A stretch of DNA of 64,000 bases from an uncultured Chloroflexia bacterium (GTDB taxonomy: Bacteria; Chloroflexota; Limnocylindria; Limnocylindrales; CSP1-4), in assembly GCA_963762445.1 (NCBI GenBank), contig CAVXLA010000004.1, forward strand, positions 358,794 through 422,793. The letters run 5' to 3'. Below are positions 52,001 to 61,452 of this stretch, in pieces (within the stretch, counting starts at the first letter, position 1; every line of letters starts with the position of its first letter). The notes beneath the pieces are model-generated. The model was not told the origin of the DNA. It searched no databases and saw nothing but the letters and a program-made list of their open reading frames with translations. A program made the position numbers and the translations under genes.

Positions 52001-53757
52001 CGTCCGGCGGTCCCGAGCACGGGACCCGCGAGCCGCACGCAGCGGAGCACGCCGCGGGCGGCCGGGTCGAGAAGCCGCGGGCGGGGCCCGACCGGGACCT
52101 CCAGGCTCATGACCGCGCGCTCCCGCTCGGGGTCGATCGGCGGGTTGGTCACCTGGGCGAAGGCCTGCCGGAGGTAGCCGGCCACGCTGCGCGGGCGACG
52201 CGCCATCACGGCGAGGGGCGTGTCGTCGCCCATGCTCCAGGTGGGCTCGCGGCCGCCCGTCGCCATCGTCCTCACGATCAGGCGCAGCTGCTCGGCGTCG
52301 AGCCCGAAGAGGATCTGTCGCCGGCGCGCGGCGTCGGCATCGAGCGCGACGTCGGGCGGGCGCGCGCCGTCCGGCGCCGGGTGCAGCAACCGCGGCGCCG
52401 GTCCGGCGGGCGCGGCGGCGATCGCAGCGCGCTTCGCCTCCCCATCCTCCCGGAGCCGGCCCGCGACGGTGTCCACCACGAGCAGCTGACCTGGGCCAAG
52501 GCGCCCGCGTCGCACGACCTGGCCTGCCTCGACCGGGAGCATCCCCGCCTCCGAGCCACAGATGACGAGCCCGTCACGGCGAACCTCGAAGGCGGCGGGC
52601 CGCAGGCCGTTCCGGTCGAGCACGCAGCCGACGCGCCGGCCGTCCGAGAAGACGAGAGCCGCCGGCCCGTCCCATGGCTCCACGCGGGCCACCGTGGCCG
52701 CCTGCCACGCCGCGAGGCCGGGCACGGCCTCGTCGCGAAGGTCGAGCGCCTCGGGGAGGAGCGCCATCACCGCCGCGTCGATCCGCCAGCCGGCGGCGAG
52801 GAGGAGCTCGAGCGCCTCGTCGAGCGACGCCGAGTCGGAGCCGGCCGGATCGAGGAGCGGCCGCCCCTCGCGAGCCAGGGCGCCCAGGCGCTTCCCGAGC
52901 ACGGCGCCGCCCAGGCGGGCCGAGCGCCCGCGCATCGCCTCGCGGTTGCCCCGCAGCGTGTTGATCTCGCCGTTGTGGGCGATCAGCCGGAAGGGCTGGG
53001 CGAGGGCCCACGACGGGTGCGTGTTCGTCGAGTAGCGCTGGTGGAAGATCGCGTACGGGCCGGCCACCGCGCCGCGCCCGAGGTCGCCGTAGAAGCGGCC
53101 CAGCTCGCCGCCGACGAAGAGACCCTTGTAGACGAGGGTCCGCCGGGAGAGCGAGGCGACGTGGAAGGCGTCGAGCCCCCCGATCCCCGCCCCGGCCGCC
53201 TCGGCCGTCCGCCGGGCGAGGACGAGGGCGCGATCGAAGCCGGCCGGGCCCATGCCGGCCGGGCGAGCCACGACGACGTGCCTGATGTCGGGCGCAGAGG
53301 CGGCCGCCTCGGGCCCGAGGACGCCGGGATCGACCGGCACGCGCCGCCAGGCAAGGACGGCGAGGCCCTCGCCCGCGAGCGCCTCGCCGAAGACGCCGCG
53401 CGCCGCCGCGCCGGCGGCCGGGTCGGCCGGCAGGAAGACGGCGCCGAGGGCCAGCCGGGCGGGATCGGGCGCAGCCACGCCGGCGTCGGCCGCGAGGAAG
53501 GCTGCGAGGGGGGCCGTGACCGGGATCGCCAGCCCCGCGCCGTCGCCCGTCCTCGCGTCGGCGGCGATCGCCCCCCGGTGGGTCAGCGACGCCAGCGCCT
53601 CGAGCGCCAGCGGCACGACGCGCCCCGAGCGGCGCCTGCCCCGGCCGGTCTCGGCGACGAACCCGACGCCGCACGCGTCGTGCTCGAAGCGGGGGTTGTA
53701 GAGGGGCGCGACGGGGATGGCCGGCGCGGCGGGGGCGAAACGTCGCGGTCGGTCCAC
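49018..53757 (-). CDS. gltB: Glutamate synthase large subunit.
   Basis: 1579 aa with an N-terminal Ntn amidotransferase domain (…CGVGF…), the FMN/Fe-S central domain, and the C-terminal GXGXG domain. No gltD is adjacent. Confidence 0.92.
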   Translation of the reverse strand: MDRPRRFAPAAPAIPVAPLYNPRFEHDACGVGFVAETGRGRRRSGRVVPLALEALASLTHRGAIAADARTGDGAGLAIPVTAPLAAFLAADAGVAAPDPARLALGAVFLPADPAAGAAARGVFGEALAGEGLAVLAWRRVPVDPGVLGPEAAASAPDIRHVVVARPAGMGPAGFDRALVLARRTAEAAGAGIGGLDAFHVASLSRRTLVYKGLFVGGELGRFYGDLGRGAVAGPYAIFHQRYSTNTHPSWALAQPFRLIAHNGEINTLRGNREAMRGRSARLGGAVLGKRLGALAREGRPLLDPAGSDSASLDEALELLLAAGWRIDAAVMALLPEALDLRDEAVPGLAAWQAATVARVEPWDGPAALVFSDGRRVGCVLDRNGLRPAAFEVRRDGLVICGSEAGMLPVEAGQVVRRGRLGPGQLLVVDTVAGRLREDGEAKRAAIAAAPAGPAPRLLHPAPDGARPPDVALDADAARRRQILFGLDAEQLRLIVRTMATGGREPTWSMGDDTPLAVMARRPRSVAGYLRQAFAQVTNPPIDPERERAVMSLEVPVGPRPRLLDPAARGVLRCVRLAGPVLGTAGREALLALGRAGPADTRPWRIVVLDATWPTADGAAGPAGLAAALDRLVGEATGAACRGADLLVVSDRDAGPGRAPIPSLIAVGAVNAAFVDAGLRDACDLLADAGDAFDVHAVAMLLAAGADAVNPWHAIAVARGLAGSRGNEELDPEQAEANLLDALEHGLRKVLARMGISTLASYRGGQLFDVIGLAEAVVDRCFPAAPRTAGAATFDRLGAEALARHAAAYLEAPTPAAAPALVDPGFARFRADGELHAFAPAVVKATQALAAGHPTGVGPGAALAPAVEEDALDDQLAAYRAAVARDEPAMVRDLLALRRARPVPLAAVEPAPEIVRRFVSSAMSLGALSPEAHRTIAIGMRRLGAASNSGEGGEDPAAYEPDEDGERAESAIKQVASARFGVTARYLARAEQLEIKMAQGSKPGEGGQLPAKKATPLIAALRRGQVGMTYISPPPHHDIYSIEDLAQLIADLRAVNPAARIGVKLVASAGVGTIAAGVAKAHADYVLISGHAGGTGASPLSSIKSVGAPWELGLAEAHQVLVRQGLRDRIVLRTDGGLQTGRDVVVAALLGAEEYGFGTAALVAIGCDMARQCHLDTCPTGIATQRADLRAKFAGTPEQVVAFFMALAEDVRRELAAIGFRGLAEAVGRTDRLAAVGAAALDLDAVVGAPAWRLPSARAPQSPKARGRIAEAPVASPVDARLAGALAPTMAVLAGPDRPPRVVLSAALTTGERAVGARISGDLERARDRTGRPARDAGDGVAPIVVDLRATGVAGQSLGAFATDGVRICLDGLANDYVAKGLSGGIVVVRPPATAGFLAEREAIAGNTCLYGATGGRLHLVGRAGMRFAVRNSGATAVVEGIGAHGCEYMTGGVVVVLGPTGRNFGAGMTGGRAYLYDPDGRVAHRINAASVRARALRAHGIGGGPRPAEPCPAGERRPGAGDGPRDDAAEREAEVRALVAAHAAEGSGLAATLLARWETEIAAFWLVEPIGVRPAEARA

Positions 53758-54036
53758 CGGGGCGGCCTCCGTGCGGTCGCTGGGCCTCTCCGCATGGCGG
53801 GAGACCGACCGTACGCCCGCCGATCACGGCAGTCAGTGCCGCCCCGGCACGGACCGGTGGGGATCCGGTGACGCCCGGGTTGCCGTTGCGAACGGACCGC
53901 CCCCGGGGGGCACGCCGCGAACCGGGCCCGCCCCTGCGGTAGGCGGGCAACCGCGCGCCGGCCCACGACGGGCGACCGGCTCGGTGCCGCGAGGGTTGCG
54001 AATGGGAACCTGGCCGGCCTGCTGCACAATGGCCGC

Positions 54037-55041
54037 ATGAGCGAGCTGCCCCGCGTCCCGTCCCAGGGCGCCCCCGAACCCGGCGCCGCGCCCCATCCCA
54101 CGCGCGTCGCCGTCGTCGGCACGGGCGCCGTGGGCTCGACCTTCGCCTTCAGCCTCCTTCTCGGCGGCCTGGCAGCCGAGATCGTCCTCGTCGACGCCAA
54201 CGCCCGGAAGGCCGAGGGCGAGGCGATGGACCTCATGCACACGGTCCCGTTCGCGCGCACGACACGGATCTGGGCCGGCACCGTCGCCGACTGCGCTGGC
54301 GCCGCCATCACGGTCATCTCGGCCGGCGCCGCCCAGAGGCCGGGCGAGAGCCGGCTCGACCTCGTCCGGAAGAACGCGGCGATCTTCCGGGAGATCGTGC
54401 CCGCCGTGGCGCGGGCCAACCCGGACGGGATCATCCTGGTGGCCACGAACCCCGTCGACGTGCTGGCCTACCTTGCCTACCGCATCTCGGGCCTCCCCGC
54501 CGCCCGGGTCCTCGGCTCCGGGACGATCCTCGACACGGCGCGTTTCCGGGCCCTCCTCGCCGAGCACTACGGCGTGGACCCGCGGTCCGTCCACGCCTAC
54601 ATCGCCGGCGAGCACGGTGACACGGAGGTGCCCGTCTGGTCGTCGGCGAACATCGCGGGGATGCCGCTGGCCGACTTCGCAACCGCCAACGGAGTGGGCC
54701 ACGACCAGGCCCGGCTGCAGGCGATCTTCGAGGCGACGCGGGACGCCGCCTACCAGATCATCGAGCGCAAGGGCGCCACGTACTACGCCGTCGCCGCCGG
54801 CCTGATGCGGATCGTCGAGGCGATCCTGCGCGACCAGTCGACGGTGCTCTCGGTGAGCTCGCTGATCTGCGACTACTACGGCATCGACGACGTCTACCTG
54901 TCGGTGCCGACGGTGATCGGCCGCGGCGGCGTCGAGCGGACGCTCCGCCTCGGCCTCTCCGCCGAGGAGGCGTCGGGGCTCCGTCGCTCGGCGGAGCTCC
55001 TGCGATCGACGATCGCGACGCTGGAGCTCGACCGGGCGTAG
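54037..55041 (+). CDS. ldh: L-lactate dehydrogenase (LDH/MDH superfamily).
   Basis: VAVVGTGAVGSTFAF Rossmann motif, the substrate loop (GAAQRPGESRLDLV), and the catalytic IAGEHGDT. Confidence 0.85.
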   Translation: MSELPRVPSQGAPEPGAAPHPTRVAVVGTGAVGSTFAFSLLLGGLAAEIVLVDANARKAEGEAMDLMHTVPFARTTRIWAGTVADCAGAAITVISAGAAQRPGESRLDLVRKNAAIFREIVPAVARANPDGIILVATNPVDVLAYLAYRISGLPAARVLGSGTILDTARFRALLAEHYGVDPRSVHAYIAGEHGDTEVPVWSSANIAGMPLADFATANGVGHDQARLQAIFEATRDAAYQIIERKGATYYAVAAGLMRIVEAILRDQSTVLSVSSLICDYYGIDDVYLSVPTVIGRGGVERTLRLGLSAEEASGLRRSAELLRSTIATLELDRA

Positions 55042-55074
55042 CGGCCGTGCCGGGCGTAGCGGCCGGGCCGGGCG

Positions 55075-55287
55075 TCAGGCCCGGTCGGACCCGGATCGCG
55101 AGGCGACCGCCTTCAACACGACCGCCAGCCCCAGCCCGATCAGCGCGATGGGCCAGATCTGGTCCCAGTCGAGCTCGGGCAGGGTGATCCCGAACGTGTT
55201 GACGAGGAGGTAGTACCCCCCGACGAGGAGGAGGATCGCGCCGAAGATCAGGGCGCCGACATCCACCTTGCGACCGGCGACGTGCAT
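55075..55287 (-). CDS. Small two-helix membrane protein (DUF5668 / LiaF-N-like).
   Basis: 70 aa with two hydrophobic helices. Third-position GC is high, which argues for a real gene. Confidence 0.45.
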   Translation of the reverse strand: MHVAGRKVDVGALIFGAILLLVGGYYLLVNTFGITLPELDWDQIWPIALIGLGLAVVLKAVASRSGSDRA

Positions 55288-55416
55288 CTGGCTCTCCCGG
55301 GTCCGCCCCAGCCGCGATCGACACGCCGGCGGGCGGTCCGCGTGCCGGCGCCGAGCGTCCGCAGGCGGCGCCCGTCAGGCAAGTGCCGTTTGTCCCCCCG
55401 CGGGCGCGGCCGCGGC

Positions 55417-56844
55417 TCAGGGTGCTGGCGCCTCCCCCAGCCGGGCCCGGGCCGCCGCCAGCGCGGCCGCCACCCGGCCAGGAGCGGTGCCCCCGATCAC
55501 GTCGCACGACGCGAGCGCCGCCTCGACCGTCGCGGCCGCGCGCAGCTCGCCCGGAAGCGCGGCGTCGCCGACCAGGACGGTCGCCGACGGCTCGCCGACC
55601 TCGGCGAGGGCTGCGGTGATGGCGGCGTCCTCGAGGTCGGCGAGGCCGGCCCCCCGCCGCTCGGCCGCGGCGACGAGCCGCCCCACCACGTGGTGCGCAG
55701 CCCGGAACGGGACGCCGCGCCGGACGAGGGCGTCCGCCACCGCCGTGGCCGTGATGTACCCCTCGTCCGCCGCCCGGCGCATGGCGGCCCGGTCGACGGC
55801 AAGCGTCTCGACCATCCCCGCCATGACGCCGAGCGACGCCTCGAGCGTGGCACAGGCCTCGAAGAGCGGCGGCTTGTCCTCCTGGAGGTCGCGCTGGTAC
55901 GCGAGGGGGAGACCCTTGAGCAGGGCCAGGAAGCCGGCCAGGGCACCGATCAGGCGACCGGCGCGGGCGCGGACCAGCTCGGCGGCGTCGGGGTTCTTCT
56001 TGTTGGGCATCATCGAGGAGCCCGTCGAGAAGGCGTCGGCCGCCCGCACGAAGCCGAAGCGCGGGTTCGACCACCAGGTGATCTCCTCCGCCAGGCGCGA
56101 GAGGTGGACCATGGCCAGGGCGCAGGTGAACAGGAGCTCCGCCGCGAAGTCGCGGTCGGAGACGGCGTCGAGGGAGTTCGCGGTGACGCCGTCGAAGCCG
56201 AGCTCGCGCGCCGTTGCCTCGCGGTCCAGCGGGTAGCCGGCGCCGGCCAGCGCGCCCGACCCGAGCGGGCTCAGGTTCGCCCGGCGGCGGCCGTCGGCGA
56301 GGCGGCCCCGGTCGCGCTCGAGCATCTCCACGTAGGCGAGCAGGTGATGGGCCAGCAGGACCGGCTGGGCGGGCTGGACGTGGGTGGTCCCGGGCAGGAT
56401 CGCGTCGCCCTCCCGGTCGGCCAGCCCCACGAGGGCCCGCTCCAGGGCCACCATCGCCGCGTCGAGCGCGTCGCTCGTCCGGCGGGCCCAGAGGCGGAGG
56501 TCGGTGGCCACCTGGTCGTTGCGCGAGCGGCCCGTGTGGAGCTTCCCGGCGACCGCCCCGATCCGCAGGGCGAGCGCCTCCTCCAGGTTCATGTGGACGT
56601 CCTCGAGGGCCGGGTCCCAGGCCAGCGTCCCAGCCTCCACGTCGCGCCGCAGCCCGTCGAGGCCCGCCAGGAGCTGCTCCACCTCGGCGGGGGCAAGCAG
56701 CCCGGCCCGTCCGAGGCCCCGGACGTGGGCGCCCGACCCGGCGAGATCGTCGAGGGCGAGGGCGCGGTCGACCTCGATCGAGCGGGTGAAGTCGGCCATC
56801 CGCTGGTCGGTGACTCCCGCGAAGCGCCCGCCCCAGAGCCGCAT
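55417..56844 (-). CDS. argH: Argininosuccinate lyase.
   Basis: Fumarate-lyase signature GSSMMPNKKNPD and full-length ArgH similarity. Confidence 0.92.
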   Translation of the reverse strand: MRLWGGRFAGVTDQRMADFTRSIEVDRALALDDLAGSGAHVRGLGRAGLLAPAEVEQLLAGLDGLRRDVEAGTLAWDPALEDVHMNLEEALALRIGAVAGKLHTGRSRNDQVATDLRLWARRTSDALDAAMVALERALVGLADREGDAILPGTTHVQPAQPVLLAHHLLAYVEMLERDRGRLADGRRRANLSPLGSGALAGAGYPLDREATARELGFDGVTANSLDAVSDRDFAAELLFTCALAMVHLSRLAEEITWWSNPRFGFVRAADAFSTGSSMMPNKKNPDAAELVRARAGRLIGALAGFLALLKGLPLAYQRDLQEDKPPLFEACATLEASLGVMAGMVETLAVDRAAMRRAADEGYITATAVADALVRRGVPFRAAHHVVGRLVAAAERRGAGLADLEDAAITAALAEVGEPSATVLVGDAALPGELRAAATVEAALASCDVIGGTAPGRVAAALAAARARLGEAPAP

Positions 56845-56866
56845 CGGTCCCTCCTTGCGCCGCCGA

Positions 56867-58072
56867 TCAGCCCGGCGTCGCGGGGAATGGTAGCGGCACG
56901 GCTTCGTCCTGCTCCGTGACGACGTGCTCGCCGCGCCGCGGGAAGACGAGGAGGGCCAGCAGCCCGGCCGCGACGGCGAAGACGGCCGCGACGGCGAAGA
57001 CCGCGGCCGACCCCAGCGCGCCGTACAGCACGCCGCCGCCGACGTTCGCCACGATCGCCGCGACGCCGAACCCGGTGACCTGGTAGAGCCCCTGGCCGGT
57101 CGCCTGGAGGCGCGGCGGGAGGAGGACGGCCATCGTCAGCACGCTCCCCACCCAGAGCCCCGCGAAGGCGACCCCGGTCGCCAGGCGGGTGGCCACGATG
57201 AGGAGCGGGCTGTCCAGCACGGTCCACGAGACGAAGCACGCGGCGTAGATGAGGACGCTCCCGCCGACCAGGCCGCGGATCCCGATGCGGGCCGCGATCG
57301 CCCCCGTGAGGAGCATGGCCGGGATCTCGGCGAAGGCGGAGACGGCCACGTTGAGGGCCACGTCGGACGGCCCGCCACCGAGCTCCACGAGGCGGAGCGG
57401 CAGGTAGGTGAAGCCCGCGACGATTCCGACGTGGACCAGGAAGAGGGCGAGGAGCACCCGGCGCAGGCGCGGCTGGATCCGCAGCGCGACCATGAACGAG
57501 CCGCCCCGGGTGCGGCCGCGGGCGACCGCCGCAAGGTCGGCGCGGGCAAGGTCGGGCGCCCGGATCGCGGCCAGCGCGAGGGCGATCGACAGCACGGCGC
57601 AGAGCACGAAGGCCGGGCCGTAGCCGGTCCGGTCGTAGGCGAACCCGGCGCTGGCCGAGACGACGCCGAAGCCAAGCGAGGAGAGGAGGCGGATGCGACC
57701 GTACTCGCGGCCGTGGTCGACGATCGCGTTGACCGCCAGGGCGTCGCCCAGCGGGCCCCAGGCGCTCTCGAAGAAGCTGAAGCCGACGAACCCGAGGCTG
57801 ACTACCACGAGGGCAACGGGGGCACCGGCAAGGAGCACGAAGACGGCCGCTCCCACCGCCGAGAGGGCCAGGGCGCGGCGGCGGCCGAGGATCACGTCGG
57901 CGACGTGGCCCCAGGCGGGGACCGCCACCGAGAAGGCAGCCGAGGAGGCGGCCGTGACGATGCCGATCCCCTCCGGCGGCACGCCGCGGCCGGCGAGGAT
58001 CACCGAGATGAAGGGATAGAAGACACCGAGGGCTGCCCCGTTGAGCAGGAAGACGGCGCGCAGGGCTCGCAT
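56867..58072 (-). CDS. MFS transporter.
   Basis: About 12 TM helices with a major-facilitator-like N/C-half repeat. The ATG at 58070-58072 was confirmed. Confidence 0.75.
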   Translation of the reverse strand: MRALRAVFLLNGAALGVFYPFISVILAGRGVPPEGIGIVTAASSAAFSVAVPAWGHVADVILGRRRALALSAVGAAVFVLLAGAPVALVVVSLGFVGFSFFESAWGPLGDALAVNAIVDHGREYGRIRLLSSLGFGVVSASAGFAYDRTGYGPAFVLCAVLSIALALAAIRAPDLARADLAAVARGRTRGGSFMVALRIQPRLRRVLLALFLVHVGIVAGFTYLPLRLVELGGGPSDVALNVAVSAFAEIPAMLLTGAIAARIGIRGLVGGSVLIYAACFVSWTVLDSPLLIVATRLATGVAFAGLWVGSVLTMAVLLPPRLQATGQGLYQVTGFGVAAIVANVGGGVLYGALGSAAVFAVAAVFAVAAGLLALLVFPRRGEHVVTEQDEAVPLPFPATPG

Positions 58073-58145
58073 GTGCCGCCATGGTACGTGGATGGGACCG
58101 GCCCGCCCGCCCCGCGCAGCCATCGCCGCCGTGGCAGACTCCGCC

Positions 58146-59083
58146 GGTGACCCCCGACCCCGCGCGACCGGCTCCCGACGCGCCGGTCGTTCCTCCCCGC
58201 CCGGCCGCCGGCTACGCCGTTCTGCTGGGCACGCTGGGCCTCATGTGGGGCAGCAGCTACCTCTTCATCAAGATCGGGGTCGAGACGCTGCCGCCGCTCA
58301 GCCTCGTGCTCCTGCGCGTCCTCGTCGGCCTCGGGATCCTCCTCGTGGTCGTCGCCGCCCGGCGCACCCCGCTCCCTCGCGACCCCCGGACGATCGCCCA
58401 CCTCGTCGTCCTGGGCGCCGTCAACATCGCGATCCCGTTCTGGCTGATCTCCTGGGCCGAGCAGCACATCGCCTCGGGCCTGGCCGGGATCCTGCAGGCG
58501 ACCTCGCCGTTCTTCACCCTCGTCGTCGCCGCGAGCTTCGTCCACGACGAGCACATCACGCGGGGACGGCTCGGGGGGATCGCCCTCGGCTTCGCCGGCA
58601 TCGTCCTCCTCTCGGCCGAGGACATCGCCGGCCTGGGCAGCGCGGGCGGCCTCGAGCGCGTCCTGGCCGAGCTGGCGGTCGTCGGCGCGTCGCTCGCCTA
58701 CGCGATCGGCAACACGTACGCCCGGCGCTACCTGCGGACCGCCCGCCCGCTCGTGCTGGCGACCGGCCAGGTGGGCGGCGCCGCCGTCATCGTCGGCGCG
58801 CTCGCGCTGCTCGTGGATGGGGGCGTCACCCTGCCGGCCGTGCCGGAGGCCGCCTTCGCCGTCGCCTGGCTGGGGGCGATCGGCACCGGGTTCGCCTACA
58901 TCGTCTTCTTCCGGCTGCTCACCGGGTGGGGCCCGACGCGGGCCAGCCTGGTCGCCTACCTCCTGCCGGTCGTGGCGGTGATCCTGGGCGTCGTCGTTCC
59001 TCGGCGAGACGGTCGACGCGCTCTTCGTGGCCGGGGCGGCGCTCATCGTGGCCGGCGTCTGGGTCGTCAACCGGCGCGGCTGA
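58146..59083 (+). pseudogene. EamA/DMT-family transporter with a +1 frameshift near 58996 (one extra G in gtcgtcGttcctc). A real pseudogene or a sequencing indel.
   Basis: The N-terminal 9-10 TM helices read in one frame up to ...VAVILGVV. The conserved C-terminus FLGETVDALFVAGAALIVAGVWVVNRRG* continues in another frame and ends at the TGA at 59081-59083. Confidence 0.65.
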
Positions 59084-59095
59084 CCGTGACGGGCA

Positions 59096-59760
59096 TCAGG
59101 CGCGGCCGGCCCGGACCTCCTCGCCCGCCGCGCAGCCGACCACGTGGTCGTTCACCAGGCCGGTCGCCTGCATGAACGCGTAGCAGACGGTCGGGCCGAC
59201 GAACCGGAAGCCGCGCCGCTTCAGCTCCCGGCTCATCGCCCGCGACTTCGTCCGTCTCGGCCGGCAGCTCGCCGAGGTTCGGCGGCCCGCCGGTCGCGGG
59301 GCACGCCGCCGACGAAGCCCCACAGGAGGCCGGGCAGCGTCTCGCCGTCGTCGGCCAGGGCGAGGACCGCCCGGGCGTTCGCGATCGCGCTGTCCACCTT
59401 GAGGCGGTTGCGGACGATCCCCGGGTCGGCGAGGAGGCGGGCCACGTCGCCGTCCCCGAAGCCGGCGACGACCGCCGCGTCGAAGCCGGCGAACGCGCGC
59501 CGGTAGCCCTCCCGCTTGCGCAGGATCGTCGACCACGAGAGGCCCGCCTGGGCGCCCTCGAGGACGAGCATCTCGAAGAGGTGCCGCTCGTCGCGGGACG
59601 GGCGGCCCCACTCCTCGTCGTGGTAGGCCCGGTAGAGCGGGTCGCCCTCGACGCCCCAGGCGCAGCGGGCGACCCCGTCCGGGCCGACGGTGACCGTCCG
59701 CGCCGCCCACGGGTTGGCGGGCGGCGAGGCGGGCGCGGACGGCGCGGCTTCCTCCCCCAT
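59096..59760 (-). pseudogene. tag: DNA-3-methyladenine glycosylase I (tag) split by at least one frameshift, possibly two about 27 nt apart, near 59245-59280.
   Basis: The N-terminal two-thirds (ARCAWGVEGDPLYRAYHDEEWGRP...LFEMLVLEGAQAGLSWSTIL...LLWGFVGG) is in one frame. The C-terminus (SRAMSRELKRRGFRFVGPTVCYAFMQATGLVNDHVVGC) is in another. A third-frame stretch (LGELPAETDEVA) resembles the Tag linker in between. Confidence 0.65.
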
Positions 59761-61451
59761 CAGTCGACGTCGCGCCGCGCGCATCCCCCATGCGCCCGAG
59801 CAGGATGCCCGCCGACGGCGATGACCAGGGAGGCCACGACGCCGACCATGTCCCACTCGCCCACCATCGGCTTGCCGAAGTGGGCGGTCAGGGCGAGCTG
59901 GTGGAGCCAGTCGGGCAGGTTCAGCGGCGGCGCCACGAGGTCGAGCAGGTACGTGGCCACGACGACGAGGGCGGCGATCTCGGCCGCGATCGACGTCCGC
60001 CACACGCCGCCGACGGCCACGCCGATCCCGACGATCGCGGCCGCGTACAGGCCGAGCGAGGCACAGCCGAGCATCGCGTCGCCGGCGGCGAGGCCACCCA
60101 CGGCCGAGCCGAGCCCGACCCCGGCCGCGAACAGGACGGTCGTCACGACGACCGCGAGGAGCGCGGCCGCGCCACCGGCGAGGACCCAGCGGGCCCGGGC
60201 CATCGGCGTGCCCAGGACCATCTCCAGCCGGCCGTCCCCCTCGTCCGACGCCCACTTGGACACGAACGTGGCCGCCGCGAAGCCGGCGGCGATGTAGAGC
60301 AGCTCCACGTAGAACTGCATCCACCCGCCGGTCGACGAGAAGTCGGCATCGGGGAAGATCATGGCGAAGCTGTTCAGGAGGCCGGAGGAGCTCGAGATCT
60401 GGTCCGCCAGGGCCCCGGCGAGCGACGCGTAGAGGATCCCGATCAGGCCGAGGCCGATCCCCCACGAGAGCGCCCGGGGAAGCTGGTCGCCGAACGCCCG
60501 GGCCGTCGGCCCGTGGACGCCGAGGACCGCCGCCGGCAGCTGGGGGAGCGAGAGGCCGGCCGTGACGCCCAGGTCGCGGCGGGCGAAGAGCTCGACGCCG
60601 ATCGCCACGAGGACGACGCCGAGGATCCCCACGAGCGCAAGCGACGGCCAGTCGTAGATGCCGACGAGCGGGACGTGGTCGAACGTCCAGTTGAACGGGC
60701 TCAGGATGAGCAGCGGACCGCCGACGTTCAGGCCGTTCGTGATCCACAGGGCACCCATCCCGAGGCCGGCGATCCCGGCCGAGCCGGCGCGGCCGAGGAG
60801 CGGCGCGAGGGCGAACGCGAGACCGCCGAAGAACATCGCGATGAAGCCGACCCAGAGGGCGAAGCCGGCGGAGGACAGCAGCGGGATCTGGTCGCCGAGG
60901 GCGGCGTCCCCGAAGACGTTCGAGCTGAAGGTCGTCATGAGGGCGAGGACCACCATCGCCAGCCAGAGCAGGGTCAGGTGGGCGGCCAGCTTCTCGAGGG
61001 CGATGCGCCGCTTGCCGAACGGAGCCGCCGCGACGAAGTCGAGGCTCCCGCGACGCGCCTCGCCGGCCAGGGTCCCGGACAGGGCCATGATCGACCAGAT
61101 GGCCGTGCCGAGGGCGAAGATCGCGCTGTACTTGAAGGTGACGTAGCCGCCCAGCGTGCCGACCTTCGAGCCGATGGCCTCGACGTTGCCGAACAGGTTC
61201 ATCATCGACGCGGGGATGCTCCCGAAGAGCGCGTCCACCTCGAGCCTGGCGGCCGGCGTCGGGAAGATGTTCGACACGGCGACGCCCATGACGAGCGCCA
61301 TCCCGCCGAGCAGGCCGGCGGCGATGATGAAGGCGAGGCGGGAGTCGCGGATCGTCTTGCCGTAGATGGAGCCGAAGCCGTAGAGCTTGCGGCGCAGCGG
61401 GATCGGGGGGAAGGCCGTCGCCCGCTCGGGGCTGCCTGCCTGGACCGCCAT
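59760..61451 (-). CDS. ABC-2 family exporter permease (about 12 TM helices, duplicated ABC-2 membrane domain).
   Basis: Long hydrophobic protein with ABC-2-type topology. The ATPase is immediately upstream; TGATG overlap with tag. Confidence 0.7.
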   Translation of the reverse strand: MAVQAGSPERATAFPPIPLRRKLYGFGSIYGKTIRDSRLAFIIAAGLLGGMALVMGVAVSNIFPTPAARLEVDALFGSIPASMMNLFGNVEAIGSKVGTLGGYVTFKYSAIFALGTAIWSIMALSGTLAGEARRGSLDFVAAAPFGKRRIALEKLAAHLTLLWLAMVVLALMTTFSSNVFGDAALGDQIPLLSSAGFALWVGFIAMFFGGLAFALAPLLGRAGSAGIAGLGMGALWITNGLNVGGPLLILSPFNWTFDHVPLVGIYDWPSLALVGILGVVLVAIGVELFARRDLGVTAGLSLPQLPAAVLGVHGPTARAFGDQLPRALSWGIGLGLIGILYASLAGALADQISSSSGLLNSFAMIFPDADFSSTGGWMQFYVELLYIAAGFAAATFVSKWASDEGDGRLEMVLGTPMARARWVLAGGAAALLAVVVTTVLFAAGVGLGSAVGGLAAGDAMLGCASLGLYAAAIVGIGVAVGGVWRTSIAAEIAALVVVATYLLDLVAPPLNLPDWLHQLALTAHFGKPMVGEWDMVGVVASLVIAVGGHPARAHGGCARRDVD

Positions 61452-61452
61452 G

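Noticed and set aside
48274-53871. 1865-aa plus-strand ORF
   Set aside because: It is exactly antisense to gltB, whose product has unmistakable glutamate-synthase domains. Its composition is Arg/Gly/Pro-rich junk.
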